DNA of 64,000 nucleotides, taken from the sequence record SRR31156797_961. The stretch is one strand, 5' to 3'. Position 1 is the first letter of the stretch. Each line of letters starts with the position of its first letter. The notes under the pieces are model-generated. The model was not told where the DNA came from. It worked only from the letters and a program-made list of their open reading frames with translations, and searched no databases. Below are positions 38,132 through 48,185 of the stretch, one piece after another. The translations under genes and the position numbers were made by a program.

Positions 38132-39914
38132 ATTTTATTTTAATCAATTTGCTATAAACAGACTTCCCCGATGATGGCATAATTTCCAAAAGGTAAAATC
38201 CGTTTTGCAAACCTTTCAAATCCATGCTGATCCTGTTACCCGAAACAGCGTTCATTGTTTTTACAAGCTGACCACCCTGATCGTAAATCATAACAGAAGC
38301 ATGCTGTAAATTTTTATTGTTAAAGTAAAGCGTGGCCTGGTCGCCGCAGGGATTTGGATAGCAGATCAGTTCCTGTTTACCCGTTATTTCATTTTCATTT
38401 ATCGAGACAACGGGATTGTTGGTTTCGCCGTAAACGCCCGTGTGGCGTACATTATACTGCAGAATGGGAAGGGGTGCCAGGTCGTGGCTGAAGGGCACTT
38501 CAGATTCCCAAAGGTAAAGCCAGAGATCCGGCGCAGATATCGCGCTGGTTGAATGGCTCAGGTTTGTCATGAAGTCGCCGGTGGCATCCAGCACCATCGG
38601 GTTGGTGAAGAAGGTGCTGCCTTCCACTTCCAGAGGCCAGCCGGTCATCATGGTGCCGTTGTGGTTGTAACCGTTCAGGATGCCCTCGCCGGTGTTATCA
38701 TCAAAACAGAGTTCCATCATTTCATCGCCATCCAGATCAGCAATTATTACCTGGCTGTTAACAGCCCAGATAGGCCCGATTGGAAAACCATCCAGGTAAT
38801 TCCCTTCACTGTCCCAGGCATAAATCATGTTGGCTGCAGATCCTGAAAGCACCTGGTCGCCGATAGCCACATCCAGGCTCTCATCTCCGTCTATATCAGC
38901 AACAGCTGCAGGGCCGTAAATCCAGAAAGATGTATACTGAGGCCATCCGTCTACGGAGGTCCCATCGTTGTTGATGATATGAACAGCCCCATTTCCGGAT
39001 GAAGATGAATGGTCTCCAACGAGGATTTCTCTGTAGCCATCATTATCTATGTCGGCAAGTACAGGCGTGGAATAGGAAAATACACGGTTGGCACCTGGTT
39101 CATAAGGGAAGCCATCGAGTACATTGCCTTCGGCATCAAAGGCCCAGACTTTGTAATAGGATTCGGCAACAATTTCCGGGATTTCATCACCGGTAATATC
39201 ACCTACAGCCACTGCTGATGCCGGAATATAGTCCATAATTTGTGGCCAGCCTTCGCGGATGGTGCCGTCGCCATTATAAACACAAACATAGCCGTCAGGA
39301 TAATCGCGGAGTTCAACAATGATCTCAAGTGCCCCGTCAAGATCCAGGTCGGCAAGTACAGGTGTGCGGGTACAACCTCCGGCAGCATAAATTGGAAATC
39401 CGGCAAGCAGGGTTCCATCGCGGTTAAAGGCATAAACCCTTCCGGAGTTTCCGGCTCCGGGCTGGCGTGTCGAAACCACCACATCGTCATATCCGTCACC
39501 ATTTATATCTCCATAAGCCGGAGCCCCATACTCTCCGCTTGATGCGGTGTTTACAGGCCATCCTTCAACTGCAGATCCATCCGGATTTAAAGCATGGGTT
39601 ACTGAACCGATATTGTAGATAAGTTCCAATTCAGGATCGTCATCCAGATTTCCATACGTGCCTCCTCGCGAACTGTTTCCGCTGTATTCAACCGGCCATC
39701 CTTCAGCTACAGAATAATCAGCCCGGACCGGATTATGTTGAACCGGCTCAGCCGAGGTTTCATCGATCAAAACAAATCCTTCAACATCAGCAAAGTTTTC
39801 ATATTTATCACCATCTTCAAGTTGTGAGAGGTGCTTTACCGTTGCCTGTCCAAAAACCATTGTTGAAGCAAAAATGGCCATGGTTAACAATTTTAAGTGT
39901 ATAGATTTTTTCAT
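38130..39914 (-). CDS. T9SS-secreted FG-GAP/VCBS-repeat beta-propeller protein
   Basis: Repeated (A/G)D(I/L)DGDG..E motifs alternating with G(W/F)P; CYPNP...GFYLL...SKLIK sorting domain. Confidence 0.88.
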   Translation of the reverse strand: MKKSIHLKLLTMAIFASTMVFGQATVKHLSQLEDGDKYENFADVEGFVLIDETSAEPVQHNPVRADYSVAEGWPVEYSGNSSRGGTYGNLDDDPELELIYNIGSVTHALNPDGSAVEGWPVNTASSGEYGAPAYGDINGDGYDDVVVSTRQPGAGNSGRVYAFNRDGTLLAGFPIYAAGGCTRTPVLADLDLDGALEIIVELRDYPDGYVCVYNGDGTIREGWPQIMDYIPASAVAVGDITGDEIPEIVAESYYKVWAFDAEGNVLDGFPYEPGANRVFSYSTPVLADIDNDGYREILVGDHSSSSGNGAVHIINNDGTSVDGWPQYTSFWIYGPAAVADIDGDESLDVAIGDQVLSGSAANMIYAWDSEGNYLDGFPIGPIWAVNSQVIIADLDGDEMMELCFDDNTGEGILNGYNHNGTMMTGWPLEVEGSTFFTNPMVLDATGDFMTNLSHSTSAISAPDLWLYLWESEVPFSHDLAPLPILQYNVRHTGVYGETNNPVVSINENEITGKQELICYPNPCGDQATLYFNNKNLQHASVMIYDQGGQLVKTMNAVSGNRISMDLKGLQNGFYLLEIMPSSGKSVYSKLIKIK

Positions 39915-39937
39915 CGTTGGTTGAATTAATTAGTTGA

Positions 39938-42274
39938 TTATTCAAAATTAAGCATAAATGGCTCGTTGGCAAAAAGGTAATAGGAATTTCCCGGTTGGAA
40001 ATGTGTTAAAGTGTAAATGCCTATTTCGGGCCAGAAGATATTTGTGCCTACAGCTTCACGGACAATTTTTACCTTTTCGAGGTTTTCGTTCAGCATGCTC
40101 GTTATCGTAGGGCATTCTTTGCAAAGCACAGGGATAAGGTTCCAGCCCTGCTGAATTTGAATTTGTTTTGTGGCAGGATTGCCGCCGGTTAAGGTCAGGG
40201 CACGATCGGCATTCATCTTTATGATATAACCCTTTGTGTAATCCCAGGTTTCAAGGGTGGATATTCCACCATCGGGCCAGTAAACTTCACTAAAATGCTG
40301 GAGTATTACCAGGTCATCTTCCAGCTGGGCTGCAATTGATTGGATGTTTTTGTCGGTTGGGTCTACATAAGAGGATAGGTCGTTCCATCCTGCTGAAAGG
40401 AAAATATCATGCAAAACGGGCTGGACTGACAAAATCTCGTTGATCACGAAAGTTGCAGTTTCGGGGGAAATGTAAGTGTGGTCGAAGTTTTCCGCAGTCC
40501 AGAAAACCTCATCAAATGGGGTCAAATCCATGATGTTTGGGTCATTCTCCAGGTTATAGAACAGGTCTTCGGTTGCCAGGTCAAAAGCACTGACTGTAGG
40601 AATGAAACAATGATTTTCGAGCAGAACCGTAATTTCACCAAAGGGCAGTTCAAGTTCGCCCATTTCAGCAAAAGTTGAGCGTGATCCGCCGGGACAATTG
40701 TCGTAAGGTTTTGGTGAAAATACATTGGTATTCAACTGTTCGGTTGCACCAATTAGCGGATCAATCAGTCCTTCAAAAATCAGCCCCTGAGCATTGTCCG
40801 GTACAGTCCACATGTTTCCCTTTATATCAACAAGGAATGATTCATATTCAAAATCTATGGCCTGGTCACCTGCATTGAAGGGTTGGCCAATGGCATCGCC
40901 CCGGCCATTGCTCAATGCTACCTTTCGCAGGTTTTGCGGGTAATCGCCCAGATCAGTGTATTCATTTTGTAACACCTCAAACAGGGGATCGTTTGCAGCC
41001 GGGCTGCTCACTGGATCGGTGTAATGGTATGCCAGCATTTGCCTGGCAGCAGGCCCGTCCAGCACGTCCAGTAACATTTGAACGTTTGCATCCAGATCCT
41101 TGAAAAAGAAAACGGCATACTGGATTCCCAGCGGAATATTGGCGCCATTGTTGGGTGTCTCAAAAGATATCCAGAGGTTGCAGTTGTGATCGACGCCCTG
41201 GTCTTCCATGTACGACAGCGCATACCGGGTTACCATACCGCCCATGCTTGGCCCCACGATCTGGAGCGGAAAAGCATAATCGATGGAATCATTTACCATC
41301 TCAAGCAACTTTTGAAACAAAAATGCATTACTCTGGATGTAGGTGAGTGGTTGGTGAAAGTTGAAAATCACGATATCCAAACCTTCGGCGCGCAAATCCT
41401 CCAGCATATTTTGCTGGTTAAAAAGATCATAAAGCACATCCCAACCAAATGCATCGTCAAAATCGATACCCTCGCAAACCACAATAGGCCGTGTAAGTTT
41501 TTCATTTTGATCGCTTAGCAAAACAAAAGCATCACCTGTGGTCGTTACGCCGTTGTATCCCTGGTCGGCCTCAACCAGCCAGGTGGTTGTTGGCGGGGGA
41601 ACTTCGAGGCGGTTGATATTGATCCTGAATTTGCTGAAAACTTCTCCCTTTTCTGACCCGTATTTAAGTGTGATGATTTTTTCGCCTTTGGTTTGATAGT
41701 TTACCTCAACATTATCACCCAAAGTAATGTTTCGAAAACCTGCACCATCATCAAAGTTTATTTGAAATTTTGACGGAGGGTTTTTCAGGTTGCTGAACAT
41801 GAAACTTTCAGAAAACGAAAATGTGACGTTGTTGCCTGAAAATATTTCCTCGCGGAATGCTGCTGCTGCAAAAACCTGTTTTACTGAAAGTGTTGCTTCT
41901 GATAAATCCAGGCTTTCACCTACCAGAAAATCTGTTGGTTCGCCGTCGATTTTGTTATAATCGAAAATTAAAATCCCGATCGGGATTTCATGGGTTCGGA
42001 TGATGGGTTTTGCACGCTTATTTATAGCTTTGAAATTTTCCAGCGCAGAATTTCCAACGGCACTTTTTTCGAGTTCAAAGTAAATCTGGTTCCAGGTATT
42101 TAAGTTCATCACCGGCGAATCTGGTGTGCCGTTATATTTTTCGATATCCGCAAGCTGTGGACTTAAATCGTAAAGATAACCGGTTGGTATTTTTTCGAGG
42201 GGTACTACTGAAACTTGTCCGAATGTTGCATTAAATGCAAATATCATCAGGATAATGGGTAGATAGGTTTTCAT
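39938..42274 (-). CDS. Exported alpha/beta-hydrolase (esterase/lipase-like)
   Basis: Likely start 42274 (MKTYLP). EGID, GPSMGG nucleophile elbow, TPNNGANIP; C-terminal duplicated GWN module instead of a type A CTD. Confidence 0.75.
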   Translation of the reverse strand: MKTYLPIILMIFAFNATFGQVSVVPLEKIPTGYLYDLSPQLADIEKYNGTPDSPVMNLNTWNQIYFELEKSAVGNSALENFKAINKRAKPIIRTHEIPIGILIFDYNKIDGEPTDFLVGESLDLSEATLSVKQVFAAAAFREEIFSGNNVTFSFSESFMFSNLKNPPSKFQINFDDGAGFRNITLGDNVEVNYQTKGEKIITLKYGSEKGEVFSKFRININRLEVPPPTTTWLVEADQGYNGVTTTGDAFVLLSDQNEKLTRPIVVCEGIDFDDAFGWDVLYDLFNQQNMLEDLRAEGLDIVIFNFHQPLTYIQSNAFLFQKLLEMVNDSIDYAFPLQIVGPSMGGMVTRYALSYMEDQGVDHNCNLWISFETPNNGANIPLGIQYAVFFFKDLDANVQMLLDVLDGPAARQMLAYHYTDPVSSPAANDPLFEVLQNEYTDLGDYPQNLRKVALSNGRGDAIGQPFNAGDQAIDFEYESFLVDIKGNMWTVPDNAQGLIFEGLIDPLIGATEQLNTNVFSPKPYDNCPGGSRSTFAEMGELELPFGEITVLLENHCFIPTVSAFDLATEDLFYNLENDPNIMDLTPFDEVFWTAENFDHTYISPETATFVINEILSVQPVLHDIFLSAGWNDLSSYVDPTDKNIQSIAAQLEDDLVILQHFSEVYWPDGGISTLETWDYTKGYIIKMNADRALTLTGGNPATKQIQIQQGWNLIPVLCKECPTITSMLNENLEKVKIVREAVGTNIFWPEIGIYTLTHFQPGNSYYLFANEPFMLNFE

Positions 42275-42393
42275 AAGTTTATTGGGTTGATGATGTGTTT
42301 TGTGATAGCTATTAACTGAAAATAATACCACTAAATTAGTGGTTATTATTTTGAATAATAATTTTGAGATGGAATTTTTAACATTTTGAAAAA

Positions 42394-42724
42394 ATGAACC
42401 GTTTATATCTTGTCCTGATCCTGCTGTTTTCCTTTTGTCAAATAAGCGCCCGGGAAGATATTTTTAGCATCCCCATAAGAACCAAATGGGCTGCAGATTT
42501 CCATTTTGTCAACGACAGTAATAAGATGTCATGCCTTTATCTCGATCTTAATGATATCTATCAGTTTGTTTTGTCCGATTCAAACTACAAATACGAGTTT
42601 GATCTGCCAACTTTTGCGCTGCCCTGAAGGGGCGGGAGATATTTATATCCGAGTTCGAATAAAGGAAAGGGCCTGGAACCCTGTTCAGATCCTTCGGTAT
42701 CCATCATTGAGGTTGATTCGGTGA
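42394..42724 (+). pseudogene. Possible remnant of an exported protein (signal peptide, early stop, continuation in another frame)
   Basis: MNRLYLVLILLFSFCQISA... ends at 77 aa; the overlapping ORF 42506..42724 may be a frameshifted continuation. No family recognised. Confidence 0.3.
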
Positions 42725-43047
42725 AGTATTATAAGCTTATAGCAACTTGGTGTTAGTGTAATTTTGGTCAGGAGAGTACCTTCAAGCGTTGGAAAACAAC
42801 CCGGTGAATTTTTGTGAATGGCCCTTATGAGTAACTGAACAACTGATAGGATAAGTCTTAACGATTACGCGAAGTAATCGCACGGGTAAAAATGCCGAAG
42901 TCAAATAAACCCCTTCATTTTCACGCAACTGACTTCGGTACCATTTGAACACTCATTTTTTATCTTAACTTTGTGTACACATGATAAGTAATATAAAAAT
43001 AATCAAATGAAGTTAGCTCATCAGGAAAACATCACTGACTGAATAAT

Positions 43048-43608
43048 ATGAAACTTTACATCCGATATATGGTTAGCCTGCGCTGCAAGATGGTGGTGAA
43101 ACAGGAATTGAAGAAGCTGGGACTTTGGTATGTGTTTGTTGATCTGGGCACCGTTGAAATTCTTGAGGATATTTCTGAGGAACAACGCCAGCAGTTGAAA
43201 ACCAATCTCCTGAAATCAGGCCTTGAACTACTTGATGATAAAAGAAGCATTCTTATCGAAAAGATTAAAAATATAGTGATCGAAATGATTCATTATGACG
43301 AAGAGCTGCCCAAAATCAACTTCTCAGATTATATCAGCCAAAAAATAGGGTACGATTATACTTACTTATCCAACATTTTCTCGGAAGTGAAAGGGATTAC
43401 GCTGCAGCAGTATATCATCATTCACCGGATTGAAAGGGTTAAAGAGCTATTGCTTTACGACGAACTCACACTTACCGAAATATCCTACCGCCTTCAATAC
43501 AGCAGTGTTGCACACTTGTCCAACCAGTTCAAAAAAGTTACCGGCCTCACTCCTTCGTTTTACAAGCATTTAAAGCAAAAGCGCCGGGGGAATCTGGAAA
43601 GTCTGTAA
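43048..43608 (+). CDS. AraC-family transcriptional regulator with a short N-terminal HMA-like domain
   Basis: N-terminal IRYMVSLRC (HMA-like MxCxxC with Cys to Ser); C-terminal double HTH (YLSNIFS...LTEISYRLQYSSVAHLSNQFKKVTGLTPS). Confidence 0.9.
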   Translation: MKLYIRYMVSLRCKMVVKQELKKLGLWYVFVDLGTVEILEDISEEQRQQLKTNLLKSGLELLDDKRSILIEKIKNIVIEMIHYDEELPKINFSDYISQKIGYDYTYLSNIFSEVKGITLQQYIIIHRIERVKELLLYDELTLTEISYRLQYSSVAHLSNQFKKVTGLTPSFYKHLKQKRRGNLESL

Positions 43609-43668
43609 GATATGTCATACTTTGCCGGAAGTATGTAATGTTTATCCAAGATAAGGTCAGCACCTTTG
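43602..43668 (+). promoter_or_regulatory. Conserved 67-bp promoter/operator, copy 1
   Basis: TCTGTAAGATATGTCA-N15-ATGTAA-N22-CACCTTTG; overlaps the AraC stop codon. Confidence 0.75.
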
Positions 43669-43702
43669 CATGGTCAATATTGACATAACTGAAGCATCCA
43701 TC

Positions 43703-43982
43703 ATGAAAAATTTAGGCATTGCTATTCTGGTAATCGGATTAATTATCACGCTGATAACCGGATTCAGTTATGTAAAGCGCGAAAAAGTTGTGGACAAAGG
43801 AGGCCAGAGCCGCTTATTTGAAAAGAATTGCGGAACTTGAACAAAAAAACCTCGAGATGAAAAAGAAAATGAGTGACTACAAAGACGATAGTAAGGACGC
43901 CTGGAAATCCTTTAAAACTGAAATTAGCAGCGACATGGATGAACTTGGTAAATCGCTGAAGGATTTCTTTGTTACGGAATAG
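43703..43982 (+). pseudogene. Chimeric deletion remnant: 5' half of a small membrane protein joined out of frame to the 3' half of a coiled-coil protein
   Basis: 43703..43840 reads MKNLGIAILVIGLIITLITGFSYVKREKVVD then loses character. A different frame from ~43795 reads KEARAAYLKRIAELEQKN...WKSFKTEISSDMDELGKSLKDF with no proper N-terminus. Confidence 0.6.
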
Positions 43983-44003
43983 TTTTGGCGAATTGATTTG
44001 ATG

Positions 44004-44034
44004 AAAAAAGGCTGGTGGCAACACCGGCCTTTTT
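44004..44034 (+). terminator. Intrinsic terminator
   Basis: AAAAAGGCTGGTG-GCAA-CACCGGCCTTTTT. Confidence 0.75.
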
Positions 44035-44060
44035 GTTTAGAGGTATTACGCCGGATAAAA

Positions 44061-44127
44061 TCTGTGAAACTTGTAACTAAATACCGAACTTATGTAACAG
44101 TTTACTAAGCAGTTCATCTCACCTTTG
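44061..44127 (+). promoter_or_regulatory. Conserved 67-bp promoter/operator, copy 2 (csbD operon)
   Basis: TCTGTGAAACTTGTAA-N15-ATGTAA-N22-CACCTTTG. Confidence 0.8.
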
Positions 44128-44165
44128 CACAATGAGAATATTCTCCAAACTTAAAACTAAGAGTT

Positions 44166-44351
44166 ATGAACAAAACAGAATTGAAAGGAAACTGGAACCA
44201 GCAAAAAGGGTTGCTGAAAAAGAAATTTGCAACGCTTACCGACGATGACCTGATGTATGAAGAAGGCCAAAAAGATGAGATGCTTGGTAAGCTTCAGGTT
44301 AAACTTGGGAAAACAAAAGAGGAAATGTATAGCATATACAAATCCCTTTGA
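44166..44351 (+). CDS. CsbD family general stress protein
   Basis: KGNWNQQKG.LK.KFA.LTDDDL...EG...E..G.LQ.KLGKT.EE. Confidence 0.9.
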   Translation: MNKTELKGNWNQQKGLLKKKFATLTDDDLMYEEGQKDEMLGKLQVKLGKTKEEMYSIYKSL

Positions 44352-44386
44352 TCGCTGAAAAATTGAAAATAAAAAGAGCTGAAATT

Positions 44387-44524
44387 ATGAAACCTGGAAG
44401 AGCTTATTTAAGTATGGTGACAAGTTTTGCAACAGGCGTCGTATTGGGTGCATTGTTCGTCACCAAAAAAAAGTTGAAAATTCTAAAAAGGAAAGAGCAA
44501 ACAAACGGGGCGAAGTCAGTTTAG
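44387..44524 (+). pseudogene. Short, degenerate YtxH-like ORF (45 aa)
   Basis: MKPGRAYLSMVTSFATGVVLGALFVTKK... resembles the YtxH N-terminal anchor (G..LG.LFAP.KG) but lacks the motif and the helical body. Confidence 0.4.
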
Positions 44525-44771
44525 TTGAAAAGGAAAACCGATGAGATTTAATGATTCGTATCCGGGAAGTACTTAGGTTAAGAAAATCAATTCCTTTTTC
44601 GGAATGCACAAAAACCAATTGATATGAATGGGAGTTGATTTGTGTAGAGTGAAAGTATCAGGGTTTTCAACCAAAATATTGGGTTCGTTCCGGTAATACC
44701 TGCTGTAATGATCATTTCAGATTGTATGATCAGGGTGGGCTCAATATTTTGTTTTTTTAACCAGCCACACA

Positions 44772-45182
44772 ATGACAGGCAAAAACTACCATGCAGATTC
44801 ATCCTCACAAAGCATTAAAGTATCGCGGGATACAAATACAAATATTCCCAACCTGCCGGCACTTATTGCAACAATGAAACGCAGCACTTCATGGGCACAG
44901 GGCGAATTGAATTCAATTATCCTACGAAATTGGGCTGACCAGAAAATTGTGTTGACCATGATCCATAAGGATACCCAAATTTTATCTTTTCAGGGTGGGC
45001 ACTCTACTACTTTTGAGGTAATTGAAGGGGCACTAACATTTTTGAATCATAAGAGATCGGTAATAATTGATGAAGGACATTTGCTGACAGATTACGACAA
45101 CTTAGCCTACAAGCTAAGTAATTCGGTTGATACGGTGTTCCTTAGTATAACAGATCATAAGATTAATGAAAAATTAAACTGA
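44772..45182 (+). CDS. Hypothetical cupin-like protein
   Basis: W..GELNSIIL...KIVLT..H...TFEVIEG.L.F pattern resembles a cupin barrel. Confidence 0.5.
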   Translation: MTGKNYHADSSSQSIKVSRDTNTNIPNLPALIATMKRSTSWAQGELNSIILRNWADQKIVLTMIHKDTQILSFQGGHSTTFEVIEGALTFLNHKRSVIIDEGHLLTDYDNLAYKLSNSVDTVFLSITDHKINEKLN

Positions 45183-45219
45183 TTTGCAGCATGTATTAAT
45201 TACAAAAAGAACAGAAACC

Positions 45220-45375
45220 ATGGGAAATCTACATTACATAATTGCATTGGTTATGATCATCATTTGGGCAATTAGCTATTTCTTCTTTCATGCCGGTGGA
45301 TCAATCCACATGTTGCTGCTTATTGCAGCTTTCGCAATAATTTTAAGGCTTATCCAGGGCAGTAAAGTTTTTTAA
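45220..45375 (+). CDS. lmo0937-family small membrane protein
   Basis: MGNLHYIIALVMIIIWAI...AGGSIHMLLLIA.; likely start ATG 45220. Confidence 0.8.
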   Translation: MGNLHYIIALVMIIIWAISYFFFHAGGSIHMLLLIAAFAIILRLIQGSKVF

Positions 45376-45432
45376 AAACACAATTTATAAATCCATTTCT
45401 AAAAATAAACAGGAATAGAAATCCGACTATCC

Positions 45433-46527
45433 ATGGCAGTTAAAGAACTTATGCTACCCCTTTATGTGAAAACCATACTAGTTACTATTGGTTTAGTGGC
45501 CTTTGTTTTCATTTTGTATATTGCGCAAGGCATCATCATTCCTATTGTTTTTGCAACTGTTCTTGCCATCATACTTCACCCTTTGGTAAACCTGATAACC
45601 CGGTTAAAAATAAACAGGATTTTATCCATTATCATTACCTTGCTTCTAACCTTTATGGCAGTAGCAGCATTTGGCACCCTTTTGTTTTCGCAGGCAAGCC
45701 GGTTTACTGAATCACTACCGGGACTGATTAACAAGTTTACTGAAATACTTAATCAACTTATCTTCTGGACATCAGGTTATTTTGATATCAGTGCCAATGA
45801 AATTACCACATGGATAACAGATACAAAAAACGAACTCATAGGAGGAGCTGAAATCGGTCAGACGATTGTGGGTGTTGGTAGTTTGGTGGCCTTTTTGTTT
45901 TTAATTCCTGTGTATGTATTTATGATTTTGTTTTATCAGCCGCTGCTGATCGAATTTTTTCACAGGCTGTTTGGCAAAAGCAACCGCGACAAAGTGAGCG
46001 AAATCATTAACCAGATTAAAAACCTTATTCAGCGTTACCTCATCGGATTACTTATCGAGGTGGTTATCATTTCTTTTTTATATACCATTGGCCTCTTAAT
46101 ATTGGGCATCGAATACGCAATAATCCTTGGTATTTTAGGTGCCCTTCTAAACCTTATTCCATATCTCGGTTCTATCATAGCTGCGTCCATGCCGATGTTA
46201 ATCGCTATCGCAACCAAACCATCACCCTGGTTCGCTCTGTTGGTTCTGGCACTTTACATCTTCATCCAGTTTATCGACAACAACTTCATCGTCCCCAAAA
46301 TAGTAGCTTCAAAGGTAAAAATCAACGCATTGGCTTCTATTATTGCTGTAATTACATTTGGCGCACTTTGGGGCATTCCCGGCATGTTGGTGGCTATTCC
46401 CCTGATAGCCATTGCAAAGCTGATTTCCGATCACATCGAATCATTAAAGCCCTGGGGCTTTTTATTGGGCGATACCATGCCTTCTCCATTGTTGCTTAAA
46501 TCCGTCCGCAAAAAGAAAAACATGTGA
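45433..46527 (+). CDS. AI-2E family transporter
   Basis: Multi-TM; LNLIPYLG, IQFIDNNFIVPK and LWGIPGMLVAIP motifs. Confidence 0.9.
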   Translation: MAVKELMLPLYVKTILVTIGLVAFVFILYIAQGIIIPIVFATVLAIILHPLVNLITRLKINRILSIIITLLLTFMAVAAFGTLLFSQASRFTESLPGLINKFTEILNQLIFWTSGYFDISANEITTWITDTKNELIGGAEIGQTIVGVGSLVAFLFLIPVYVFMILFYQPLLIEFFHRLFGKSNRDKVSEIINQIKNLIQRYLIGLLIEVVIISFLYTIGLLILGIEYAIILGILGALLNLIPYLGSIIAASMPMLIAIATKPSPWFALLVLALYIFIQFIDNNFIVPKIVASKVKINALASIIAVITFGALWGIPGMLVAIPLIAIAKLISDHIESLKPWGFLLGDTMPSPLLLKSVRKKKNM

Positions 46528-46567
46528 AGCACTGCTTTTTAGTCTTATTGGAACCAATCGCAGAATA

Positions 46568-46634
46568 TGTGTGAATGATGTAAACCTTAACCTGAATTGT
46601 GTAACAACCACAGCAGCGGTGTTATTTACTTTCG
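46568..46634 (+). promoter_or_regulatory. Conserved 67-bp promoter/operator, copy 3
   Basis: TGTGTGAATGATGTAA-N15-GTGTAA-N22-TACTTTCG. Confidence 0.8.
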
Positions 46635-46710
46635 CTCTAATGAAAGGTCTTTGTCTGTCATATTGACAATCATACTGTTTTACATAAAATAACTAATAAA
46701 TAAACAAACA

Positions 46711-47211
46711 ATGAAAAAGCAAGTTTTGGTTTTTATCCTGTTCATGGCTACCAGTTTTGTCTTTGCACAAAGCCCCATAACAAAAGGAGAGGCGCAGATT
46801 AATGCCGGAGTAGGTCTTTCATCCTGGGGTATTCCGGTTTACGTGGGATTCGATTATGGTGTACATCCTGATATAACCCTGGGGGCTGAACTTTCCTTCC
46901 GCTCCTACAGCGACAATTGGCACGACGATAAATACAAACACACGGTCTTCGGTATCCTGGGTAATGCAAATTATCATTTCAACACCATATTAAAAATTAC
47001 TCCTCCCTGGGACTTTTATGCCGGGTTAAATCTGGGATTTTACAGTTGGAACTCTCCTGATGGATACGAGGGCTCAAACACTTCAGGAGTTGGGATTGGT
47101 GCGCAGATTGGTGGCCGGTACTATTTTAGCAATAAAGTAGGTGTAAATCTGGAGTTTGGCGGTGGCAGTGGATCCAGCGGCGGAAAATTCGGATTAACCA
47201 TAAAATTATAA
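46711..47211 (+). CDS. Small outer-membrane beta-barrel protein
   Basis: Signal peptide, NYHFN...WDFYAG, GGRYYF, C-terminal GLTIKL. Confidence 0.8.
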   Translation: MKKQVLVFILFMATSFVFAQSPITKGEAQINAGVGLSSWGIPVYVGFDYGVHPDITLGAELSFRSYSDNWHDDKYKHTVFGILGNANYHFNTILKITPPWDFYAGLNLGFYSWNSPDGYEGSNTSGVGIGAQIGGRYYFSNKVGVNLEFGGGSGSSGGKFGLTIKL

Positions 47212-47330
47212 TGAAAAAGAATAAATGATTCAATTCATAAATATCCACCGGCATGATCAATCCCGAATCATCGGGATTGTTCGTGCTTTTTTCCAAAGGC
47301 TTCACCATGTGAGTGGCAATTTTTAATTAG

Positions 47331-48185
47331 ATGAAAAAAATCATTCAGGTAAACAGGGTAGTTCCGAAGCTTAGAAAAGCTACAACACAGGGAATAACAA
47401 AGCTTAGCGAAAATACACTTGCCAGAACAGAAAGAGCGGGTAATTTTTTAACGGATGTTGCTGATGTTTTCATGTTTATTGCCCGGGTTATAAAGGAGAC
47501 TTTTTCGGTCAACTTTGAATTTAAGGAATTCTTTCGCCTTTGTTTCCAGATCGGTAATAAAACACTACCTCTTATTTCAGTTACAGGTGCAATAATGGGC
47601 TTGGTGCTTACTATTCAGTCGCGGCCGGTATTGTTGGATTTTGGAGCAGTGAGCATGCTGCCGAGCATGGTGGCTGAATCCCTGATCAGGGAGATGGGGC
47701 CGGTAATTACGGCACTGATTTGCGCAGGGAAAATTGGTTCTGGCATGGGTGCCGAACTGGGCTCCATGAAAGTAAGTGAACAGATAGATGCCATGGAAGT
47801 ATCTTCAACCAACCCCATGCGTTTTTTGGTGGTCACCAGGGTGTGGGCAGCAACGCTGATGGTTCCGGTTTTGGTGCTTTATGCTGATGCAATGGGAATC
47901 CTGGGGAGTTATGCAGGGGCAAATATCAGGGGTGATGTTCCATTCGTCCTGTTTATGGGGCAGGCATTTGCGTCAATAAGTTTTATGGATTTGTTTCCGG
48001 CAGTCATCAAAACATTTTTCTTCGGTGCAGTCATCGGTTTGGTAGGAACCTACAAAGGATATAACGCAGGGCGGGGAACCGAGAGTGTGGGTGTTGCAGC
48101 CAATTCCGCCGTGGTTGTGGCTTCACTGCTTGTTATTGTTGTTGACCTCATTGCTGTACAAATTACCGACATGTTCGTATCATGA
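47331..48185 (+). CDS. mlaE: MlaE family ABC permease
   Basis: IREMGPVITAL, GAELGSMKVSEQIDAME and VGVAANSAVV motifs. Confidence 0.9.
   Translation: MKKIIQVNRVVPKLRKATTQGITKLSENTLARTERAGNFLTDVADVFMFIARVIKETFSVNFEFKEFFRLCFQIGNKTLPLISVTGAIMGLVLTIQSRPVLLDFGAVSMLPSMVAESLIREMGPVITALICAGKIGSGMGAELGSMKVSEQIDAMEVSSTNPMRFLVVTRVWAATLMVPVLVLYADAMGILGSYAGANIRGDVPFVLFMGQAFASISFMDLFPAVIKTFFFGAVIGLVGTYKGYNAGRGTESVGVAANSAVVVASLLVIVVDLIAVQITDMFVS

Noticed and set aside
47258-47279. CAATCCCGA-ATCA-TCGGGATTG hairpin before mlaE
   Set aside because: Single copy in the window and no clear U-tract; terminator, REP and chance cannot be distinguished.
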